DNA of 64,000 nucleotides from Octopus vulgaris (Eukaryota): assembly GCA_951406725.2 (NCBI GenBank), contig OX597819.1, forward strand, positions 30,194,001 to 30,258,000. Direction: 5' to 3'. Positions 54,650 to 64,000 of this stretch are shown piece by piece. Made by a program: the position numbers and the translations under genes. Below the pieces are notes generated by a model, which worked only from the letters and a program-made list of their open reading frames with translations, was not told the origin of the DNA and searched no databases. Every line of letters begins with the position of its first letter. Within the stretch, counting starts at the first letter, position 1.

Positions 54650-56700
54650 CAAGTTTTTCCAAATTCTACAAAACTTACCAAAAGACTTTCTTTTTTTCTG
54701 CACTTGGTATTTGAAAAACCTTTAGATTTCTTTGAACCCTATCTTCTTTAAAATACTGCTCTCTACATCCAAAAGAGATACCGAATACTTAGTCTGTCAT
54801 GCATCATCGTGGTTCTCAGCTAATTATTTAAAAGTCCCAGTTTACTGAATGATCTCTTTCCTAAACAACTAGAGACCATCAAGTGCAAATATATTCTAAG
54901 AGCCTCATCAGCAGTTCGTAAGGTTTCAACAAGTCCTTCATTATGGACTAAAAGTGCCTATTGAGATGGGATGGAACATAACTTAAGCTTATAAATAGTT
55001 GCAAACTACTATTTCTTTTACGAACACATTGCTAAAATTACAGGAGATAGTGGTGGTAGGTTTGTCAGCTTCAGTTCTTATCTCTGCATCAAATGAACTA
55101 CATAAGTTCACTATAACTTTGAACTTGTCATGCACTAATGGATAAACCCCTTGTGTTTTTGTAAGGCGACAAGCAACTTATCTAAAATGACATTGAAAGT
55201 CCTGCATCTGAATTTTTCTCTTGCAGAAAGGACAACTTCCTCCGAGGTTGATGCTACATTTGCAACACGTTTGTTTCTCTTCCTCGGTTTATCTATCGTT
55301 GCTTTATAGTTTGTGCTTCCACACATGTTCCTGGCATCCAGTTCCAACCCTTCGTTCTTATCACGATATAATTTCAGAAAGTTTTTCAAAGAATCAATTG
55401 GATCCGCCACTTTATTCAGATCAACTTAATCTCCTTGAAAATCTTTATTTTTACTGTTCAACCGTACAAGAATTAAATTTCAGATCTTGGCCATTACAAC
55501 AGTTTCAAGACAGTCCATTTTATCTGCCAATGTGTGAGCTTCATGTCTTGCTTTAGATATTTGTTCTAAATCATCTTCAGTATCTCTGAGTCCATTTTAA
55601 ATATCCATCAACGTAGGCTTCCATAGTTGCTGACCAAAGAGTTTCTCACAAAAGCTTCAAAGTTAGTTCTCCTTTATTTCCTTCCAAAGATCGCACTAAA
55701 TATTCCTATTTATTTTCCAACAAAGAAAACATGAAGCGCATAGCGTTGGTATGAAGCTAAAATAGCTAACAGCTTCAACAAAGTAAGAAGCAGTACCATA
55801 TCCAACAAGATTCAACGAAGGAGCAGCACAGGAAATGAAAACTGTAGCCAAGTTCTTTCCCTTATGACTGGTTCATATTCCTGAGTAGTGATCAGATATA
55901 TTACTGGAGCTGACATAGGACTAACCCAGCAGTCTTCAAAATTTATACCCTATTTTTAAAAAAATTCTAATAAGAATGTAACCATAACTTCCGCTTTGTG
56001 AAAACCTCAAAAATAGCATAACAAACAAAAATTGTTAGCTGGTCTACATGAGCGCCGTCTGGTGTTAAATCTACAGGAACTGAAAAATACTTGGCAGTTC
56101 ACATATTTTGCATTCAACAGAACAATTTCTTCGTAGATAATAATGATAAGTATAACTGCTTACCACTTCCGAGATTGCCAAATGTTTTCGAGTGAACCAC
56201 TAGAATTGGATCAAATTGTGCAATAAGTTGCATAATTCAAAAACAATTCCCGTTGCACATAGATCCTTTGCTCTCAACCCCTGAATATCAGACCTCCCTC
56301 AGCTAGAAACACTGTTATGGCCACCACACAGCGCAATATTTCAGACCAGTGTTTCTTGTTTGCCTGCATTTGTTTTTCCAATTCCCTTTTAACGTGAAAA
56401 TATAACCTTCATAAAATATTGAACTGCAACACAGAATCCCTGTGGCTTTGGTTTTGTACATTGTTTTCATTTTCTCCTCTGCTTTTTTTCTTTGCTAATC
56501 ATTAAAGCCATCCTTGTTGGAAAACCTGCCACGGTGATTTGATATCAAAGTAAAATAAAAGCAATAAACTGAACTCTTTGATAGGCTGTACAAGATCCAC
56601 TTCCTCAAGCGCTGCTTACCAATTGCCACAAATAGTACAAAATATTTAATTTTTAAAATAATGACAGTGTCCATCCAGCTTACCATCACCATGTTTTATA
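54650..56700 (-). mobile_element. Decayed hAT transposase (Tip100/ZMYM1-like)
   Basis: LIAQFDPIL; KYFSVPVDLTPDGAHVDQLT; ISCAAPSLNLVG; REKFRCRTFNVILDKL; ALRIYLHLMVSSCLGKRSFSKL (hATC dimerisation domain). May extend to ~57500. Confidence 0.8.
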
Positions 56701-56717
56701 ATGGAAGATGTTTTATT

Positions 56718-56950
56718 AAGGCGGCGAGCTGGCAGAAACGTTAGCACGCCGGGTGAAATGCGTAGCCGTATTTCGTCTGCCGTTACGTTCTGAGTTCAAA
56801 TTCCGCCGAGGTCGACTTTGCCTTTCATCCTTTCGGGGTCGATAAATTAAGTACCAGTTACGCACTGGAGTCGATGTAATCGACTTAATCCCTTTGTCTG
56901 TCCTTGTATGTCCCCTCTGTGTTTAGCCCCTTGTGGGTAGTAAAGAAATA
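56718..56950 (+). mobile_element. SINE family A monomer
   Basis: TSD TATAATGGAAGATG at 56697-56710 and 56951-56964. Confidence 0.92.
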
Positions 56951-56954
56951 TATA

Positions 56955-57133
56955 ATGGAAGATGAGAAAGTTCATTTTCGGCACTTGGTGCTTTTCTTTT
57001 TCCGTAAAGGGAAAAATGCCTCACAAGCAACCAAAGAAATATGCGCAGTTTACGGTGATACTTCTTTATCCGAAAGAACTGTACGGAAGTGGTTCGCAAG
57101 GTTCCGAGCTGGAGATTGTAGCCTTATTGATAA
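56955..57133 (+). mobile_element. Orphan 5' ORF fragment of the mariner family at 58066
   Basis: MEDEKVHFRHLVLFFFRKGKNASQA...WFARFRAGDCSLID, nearly identical to 58248-58425; no TIR. Confidence 0.9.
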
Positions 57134-57564
57134 CATGGACACGTACTTTTCTCTGGCAGAAAACCATCAGGCTCGATCTAGATTATAAGATGGCAATTCA
57201 CTATTCATGTCAGAAGGTTGCGACGATTCGCCATCCTCAATATCTTGAGTTGATATGTTTCTCCTATGTTTTGCAGATACACTTGGGAGTGAAGCTAGTT
57301 TCTCAAAAGAGACATCTGTTACTAATTATTCCTTGGCTTCTAAGTTTTCTTTTTTGAAAACAAAGAAATATCATGCCAAGTGCTGCCTTTGCCAAAGCAG
57401 TAGCATTTTTTTACTTCTTTCTTTGGAAATTCTTTTGGAGACAGTTGAATATTTCGTGGTACACTGGATATTCTGCGTGAAAATATAATCTGAATAAAAG
57501 CAAAGAGAAAACAGTCTGAACAACTAATCATGAAATGACAACAGCCATGTAGACTTACTTCGTT

Positions 57565-57618
57565 TAATCCAGCCGTCTGGGGCAGATAAGTAATCCAGCC
57601 GTCTGGAGCAGATAAGTA
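57565..57618. repeat. 26-bp tandem duplication
   Basis: TAATCCAGCCGTCTGG(G/A)GCAGATAAG x2. Confidence 0.9.
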
Positions 57619-58065
57619 AGCCTGCAACCAAAGTTGATCAAATGTTAATAGAATAAGAGTTCAAGTGATAAACAGTAGATCGAAGATTACAGATTAAGGA
57701 TGTCGTTTCCATTAAATTACTTTTTTTCAAAATTATGTTTCACTTTTATAGGACTCTGGAAACGAAGAAGCACCATAAACGCTTCAGAAAACGATTAGTT
57801 TGAAAAGGAATTGTGTGTTTTGTGGATCACTCTAAACTTTAAATAATCATGAAACGATATTTGTTCTTAGAATTCTACTTCCACTTTTCTTGATAAAAAT
57901 GACGTATGCAAATGCAGCGATTCAAAACCATTTTCTAGGGGAAGAGGGTATTTTAGATTGCCATTTAGATGTGCTTATTTTTATGCTTCGATATTTTTTC
58001 CGATATCTTTTTTAATCCACCAATCTACGACCAGGAACTTGTAGTAGTATACATCAACTGAAATA

Positions 58066-59177
58066 TTGGGTTGTCCGGAATGTTCGTGCCGATTTATAGC
58101 AGCTTACCATTCGACTTATTTTAGAACATGGTTGAGTCCATAAAATAGAATTTGACTACACCTCCATTTAGTGCACAGTTTAAGCTATCTTTTCGTGGAA
58201 GAAGGTTTATGTTCCTATAACCTGTGTTAATTCTGTAACCCTTTAAAATGGAAGATAAGAAAGTTCATTTTCGGCACTTGGTGCTTTTCTTTTTCCGTAA
58301 AGGGAAAAATGCCTCACAAGCAACCGAAGAAATATGCACAGTTTACAGTGATGTTTCTTTATCCGAAAGAACTGTACGGAAGTGGTTCGTAAGGTTACGA
58401 GCTGGAGATTGTAGCTTTATTGATAAAGAGCGATCAGGCAGACCAACCACTACAGATGATGACCAAATCAAGTCATTAATTGAGAATAACACACATTGTA
58501 CAACCTGAGAATTGGCAGAAAGCCTCAACCTATCAAAATCTGTCGTTCATGAGCAGCTGGTAAAGCTTGGGTACACAAATCGCTGCAATGTTTGGGTACC
58601 ACATGAGTTGAGTGAGAAGAACCTTTTGGATCGCATTTCCATCTATGATTCGCTTTATAAACGGAATGAAAACGCGCTTTTTTTAAAGCAAATTGTGACA
58701 GGTGATGAGAAATGGATTATCTACCGAAATGTTCAGAGAAAGCGATCCTGGAATAAGCGACATGAGCCACCCTTATCCACCCCAAAAGCGGGTCTTCACC
58801 CTAAAAAAGTTTTGCTTTGTGTCTGATGGGATTGGAAAGGAATTCTGTACTTTGAACTTCTCCCAAGTAACCAGACAATTAATTCTAAGAAATACTGCAC
58901 ACAACTGGAGTTAAACGCAGCAATTCAAGAGAAACGTCCAGAATTGGCCAGCAGGAAGGGTGTTGTTTTCCAACATGATAATGCAAGACTGCACGTTTCT
59001 TTGGGAACTAGCAAAAATTGCTGCACCTCGGCTGGGATGTGTTACCCCACCCTCCACATTCACCAGATCTTGCTCCTGATTTCCACTTCATATTTGGTTG
59101 ATTAAAAATGTAACGGCAAGTATTTATTGACCTTTTCTTTCTTTTAAAAATCGGCAGGAACTTTCCGGACAACCCAA
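58066..59177 (+). mobile_element. mariner transposon (mellifera/cecropia-like), stops plus C-terminal deletion
   Basis: 30-bp TIRs TTGGGTTGTCCGGAA.GTTC.TGCCGATTT, TA flanks; WVPHEL, IVTGDEKW, HPKKV, QHDNA, HSPDLAP. Confidence 0.96.
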
Positions 59178-59879
59178 TAACATCTAATGTTCAGCAGAGA
59201 TAACTGAAAATTGGTGGTCATAAACAAATTGAGAAATAAAGTTGAAGAATAACGCCAGTAACAGTGACAGATACCAAACATCAGTATCATCAGTGAAATT
59301 TTTTTGCGAAAGTAACACGAAATTAACAATAACAACAAATTGGTTGGCCAGTGTCTCTAAAGACTGACTGATGTATAAACCTTCAAAGTATAGGATTTGG
59401 GAGAAATATTTTCCCACATTTTAGTATAATAGTTTCAAAAGTTTGACGAGCTGGAATGACGGAAGCGAAGAATATAAAAAAAGAAAGAAAATGATTTGGC
59501 TACTTTCGTCTATCCAGATATTGTCGTTTCAACTCACGGAACCCACAAAAACTTCATCAGCGCCATGGATATTGCGACATACACAGAAAGTTCCCAAACA
59601 AACTACGTATGTCCACGTTAACAGAGGCCAGAACACATTGTAAAGTAACGTTGCACTGTGCTTATGCGTACATCCTTGGACCATCACCCTCAAGCCAAAC
59701 TGACTGAACTTTTCCCTTTCTTACCTTTTTTTCTTTTTCTACCTTTTTCTTTCTTTTAAATATACGTATGAACATTCATATTTATATTTATATTCATTCT
59801 CATACTTATATTTTGGACACACACACGCACACATACATACACACAAATATGAATATACGGACGGACTGGACGCTGCGAT

Positions 59880-62605
59880 TGTCTAAGGGAGAAAGAAAGA
59901 GTGAAGTTGGAGAGGATTTCAGGTTGCCTCTCTCCTGTCATTGATCTCAATTTTCTTTTTTTCTGCACGGCTTGGATCTTCGACTTTCCCGTCTCCCACC
60001 CGTTTTCAGGATGCCAATCAATTTCTCCGCACCTCAGGGGAAGCCAACGCACTCGTTGTCGAACGGTGCTCCAGTCCCCGACTATGCTCCCCAGCCCCCA
60101 ACCCCCACAGAAAGCTACCTGCTGTATATGCTCCACCACCAAAAGAGGGAAGAACTGTTGAAGATGTGGTTTTTTCATCTTTCTGGCGTCGGGCTGACAC
60201 AAATGGCCTCGAATACGCTCTCAATGTAGAGATGCAGCAGCCGCCTCTTCTCCTCAGCAGTGCATCAGCGGCCATCAACCCTCAGATGAGATGGCATGCC
60301 TGCCCAACGCCTAGTCCTCACTAGTCAACATCCTTCGCCTCGGGAGGCTTCGTAAGATCCCTTTTAAAATCCCGAAAATGGCCCTGGTGCTGGTGGCTAA
60401 TACCCTCGTATCCTCAATTAAGAAAGCCCTAGGATCTGGTCGACTATGCTAGTGGAATCAAGTATTTTATTTTGCTCTGCTTGCTCTTGATCTCCTCAAC
60501 ACTGCCGCCGATCGAAGTGCTCTGTCGACAGCAGCCCTAGTCAGGGCCAACATCCCGTCCTTAGGGCAGGTACCCATACCTAGCATATTCGAACATGCTG
60601 TGCTCTGCCCATTCTCACCCCCGAGACCTCTACTCTAATGCCGGCTCAAAGCGCCTACGTGACCGTGTAAACGCCAAACTCATCGAAGGTGATGTCTTAG
60701 CGGCTGTCAGTCTAGTCGCTTCTGATGACACCGTCCTCTACCCTACCGAAGATGTCCTGTTCGATTTAAACGTACATACCTCAGGCCCATACCACCACCC
60801 GACATTCAGACACCATACGTGGCCTCCGAGAAAGTCGTCTTTTCGGCTCTGAGGTCTCTCCCTGTCAGTAGCAGCGGAGGTATCGATGATCTCCGACCCG
60901 ATCACTTCAATGATTTGCTATCTCCACTCACTGTCGAAGCCGAGCGCCACTTGCTGGGTACAGTTACGGCTCTAGTCAACCGATTCATTTACAGCGCCAT
61001 GGACGGCCTAATTGCTCTCATGAAGGACGCTGGCATACGCCCCATCGCTGTGGGCAATGTCTTTCGAAGACTCGCGACCGTCGCATCTGAACTTGGAGAA
61101 CTCAGCCCGATACATCTGGGAGTCAGCGTATCCAGCGAGTGCGAGGGAGCTTCTAGTGCCGCTGGACAGTTTTTCAATGACTCACCTCATAAGTCGACAC
61201 CGAGCAACTCCAAGCACCTCATTGTCAAGCTTGACATATGAAAATGCTTTCAACTGTCTACGCTATGACCATTTGATACAGACCTGCCTCAGACATGCCC
61301 TGTCTATCTACTCGCTAGCTTACTTGTTGTACGGGGCTCCGAGCATGCTCCTCGGTGCAGATAAGGTCATATCATCTTCGATCGGCGTTGAATAGGGTGA
61401 TACATTGAGCACTCTTTTATTTGTTCTAGGGGTGAACAGCATTGCTCGGAGAATCATGGCTCCTTTCAACGTCTGGTACCTGGACGATGCGACAATAGGT
61501 AGTTCAGTAGAGAGTGTCTGATACGATCTCCAGTCAGTGGTTCCTGCTCTATCGAGGATCGGCCTCGAGATAAACTCATCCAACTATGTGGCAGAGGGCT
61601 TTACGGCCTCCATTCCGGACGTACTTCACTACTTCATCAGGTACAAGTAACCCCAAAGGAGGGCGTCCTTATCCTTGGTTCGCCGATCCCCCCGCCAGCC
61701 ATTCGCTCCACCCTCAGGTCTAAACTCCTCCATCTAGAAAGATTGACGGACAGACGGAAGGCGATCGACGCCCAACCAGCATTTTTCCTGTTAAGGAACT
61801 GCTTCGCCATACCGAAGCTATTGTATACCCTCCGCAGTGCCCCTTGCTACTACATATCTCTCCTCACGGATCACGATACATGTATTCAACGGCCCGCCAA
61901 AGAGATGTGCAGCATTTGGTCCAACGACACTGGATGCCTGCAGGCAATCTTTACCCATCAAATATGACGGCCTCTGCCTTCGATCTCCGGTCTCACTGGC
62001 CCTGGCGGCACTTATCTCGTCGGTAACCTCTTGCTGCTGTGTCCTCATTAACAGAGTTCTACACAACACAATTGAGTCAACTGTGTGATTGAGGAACGCG
62101 AGGCAGCCTACGCGACATAGAGTCATCTCGGCCTGCGCCCCGCTAACGTCCATCCCTCTCTCTCCTCTGAGGACGTCCAGTCCCCTTAAAAGTAATGAGA
62201 CGCCATCTAATGTAGCATGAGCGCTGACGAGCTAATGCGTCGACTTGACCAGCACTGTCTGGCATGTTTCCGCTCAGCTGCCGAGCCTCGCAGATGAGCC
62301 AGGCTCAATACAGTGTCGTCACTCACAACTGTACTCAAATTAATAGCGACTACCTATTTATTGGCGTTTCCCTGAAGCTTGATCTCCAGATCTGTGAGCC
62401 ACGTGAATGCCGCTGCGGAACCACAGTGGATTATTTCGGCCTCCACCGTCACAGTGCTCCGCCTTCCACGTCATATCGCCTTTAACATGATCGTAAAGCA
62501 CGGCCTAGACATCGCAGGCTTCCCTTTCCAGCCCGAGCAAGACGATAAAAGGTCGTACAGTATGACAATTTTCCCGTTCTGTGATGGTAGCCCACTCATT
62601 TGGGG
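59880..62605 (+). mobile_element. CRE-like RLE non-LTR retrotransposon, near full length, decayed
   Basis: SSGGIDDLRPDH; GIRPIAVGNVFRRL; KLD/ENAFN; GVE*GDTLSTLLF; WYLDDATIG; LGSPI; AFFLLRNCFAIPKLLYTLR; CRCG...GLH...RH; KRSYSMTIFPFCDG..LIW. Confidence 0.87.
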
Positions 62606-62937
62606 TGAGCAAATAGCAATTAATAAATTGTGTGAACTTGAAGACTCAGTTAATAAAAACAATATCCGTGGTGTAATGTTACAAGAAAGAGATAATTTTA
62701 TAATTAAAGCAGTAAATTAAAAATTAAATTACCTTTTTGCTCGTAGATATGACCAGCGGACCAAAGGACTTCGGTGTCAAATGAAGTTTAGGGAGTGGCA
62801 CTATATGTGAATGCATGTTTGTGAATGTGTGTGTGTGTGTGTGTGAGTGTATGTGTGTGTGTGCGTGCGTGTGTGTGTGTTTTAATCGCAAGTACAAAAA
62901 TCAGAAATTGATGTTTCATCGCAGGATCAAATAACTT

Positions 62938-62968
62938 ATATCTATCTATCTATCTGTCTATCTATCTG

Positions 62969-63030
<62 letters not shown>

Positions 63031-63056
63031 CATCTATCTACCTATCTATCTATCTG
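62938..63056. repeat. (TATC)n microsatellite
   Basis: Directly visible. Confidence 0.96.
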
Positions 63057-63084
63057 CTTTTATGTAGATAGCCATTTAGATACA

Positions 63085-63222
63085 TGTGTGGTTTGGTGGT
63101 TAGGGTGTTGCACTCATGATTGTGAGATTGTGATTTCGATTCTTGGACCGTGTGACACGTTAATTTCTTGAACAAAACTCTTCATTTTACATTGCTCCAG
63201 TCCACTCAGCTGGCAAAAAAAA
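63085..63222 (+). mobile_element. SINE family C head fragment
   Basis: GTGGTTAGGGTG...TTCGATTC...TTGCTCCAGTCCACTCAGCTGGCAAAA. Confidence 0.75.
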
Positions 63223-63389
63223 AAGTAATGCTGCTCTGGAATACCTCTTGTTCGAGCTAAATTTGACGATTTTTATGTCCCTTTCTTTTAGGAACCACTT
63301 GATGTATTGGTGAACAGTCAATAGCGTTGGAAAGCATAAAGATTAAGGCCGTACTTCGGAAAAAGTTAGTTGACATAGAGGACAGGAAA

Positions 63390-63957
63390 GCATTTAAATA
63401 TTGGAAAAGATTTGCCTGTATCATGATGACTCGTGCCGGGTATCAAAATGCCGTCATCATGACTGCTGCTCGATACTCTGTGAACACTGTGAAAGCTGTG
63501 AGACGTGACATAAACAGCAACAACGGTGAGAACGAAGCGTTGGCCAGCAAGAAGGGACACAGCAGGCATTCTGACTGCGACCACACGCCGGATTTTATCC
63601 AACAACCGCAGCATCAGAACCATAGAACCCAATTCAGGCAGCTATAGGAAGCTGCTGGAGACTACAGTCAACCCCTGGCCGAAGAGAGTGGCTGCTGGAA
63701 GCAAGTGGTTATCGGAGAATTTCTACTTCACCAGCCTCTTTTGGCCTCTTAATCATTCCAATTGTAATTGTAATCCCATGGTTTACTATATGTGGGGCGC
63801 GGTTTAGAAATACACCAACCGCTCTACCTGCAACATCAAGGCCGAGCTGGTGGCCAAGATCAAGGAGGTGTTCGAAAATCTTCCAACAGGCACTGTGAGG
63901 GACGCATACGCCATCTTGAGGCCGTGGTCGAAGCTGAGGACGACTACTTTCAGTAAA
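63390..63957 (+). mobile_element. Internally deleted Tc1/mariner-superfamily relic (maT/DD37D-like)
   Basis: YRKLLETTVNPW; WLSENF..FWPLNH...NPMVYYMWGAV (degenerate WPPNSPDLNPLDYYVWG); KAELVAKIKEVF. Confidence 0.7.
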
Positions 63958-64000
63958 CTGTTGTCCCCTTGCCACAATCTAGTTGATATCTTTATAAGGC

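Overview
This window is AT-rich, repeat-saturated eukaryotic DNA. The SINE families and extreme microsatellite load are most consistent with an octopus/coleoid cephalopod (recognition, not a database result). I find no convincing host protein-coding exon, rRNA, true tRNA or CRISPR array; almost every ORF in the track is a microsatellite translation or a decayed transposon ORF. Retroelements: three R4/Dong-like RLE LINE remnants, a split and inverted RTE/BovB-like LINE, two Tx1/L1-like remnants, a CRE-like LINE and about 25 tRNA-derived SINE copies of three families, many with 10-17 bp TSDs. DNA elements: two TIR-bounded mariners plus fragments, two hAT relics, a Chapaev3-like, a pogo/Tigger-like and a maT-like relic, Helitrons, and a MITE carrying TTAGGG repeats with 8-bp TSDs. 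There is also a 3.7-kb triplet-built minisatellite. Best novelty candidates: (1) a complete minimal hammerhead ribozyme fold with a U3:A8 covariant core inside a 132-bp inverted repeat (17.37-17.77 kb), plus a second dispersed hammerhead-like family; (2) SINEs forming fixed-junction multimers and nesting into their own heads at the same site; (3) a (TAA)n-targeted LINE with a candidate non-autonomous partner; (4) an RTE inversion whose breakpoint carries a 57-bp patch matching a SINE 4 kb away. TE clade names come from recalled motifs, and boundaries without TIR/TSD support are approximate.
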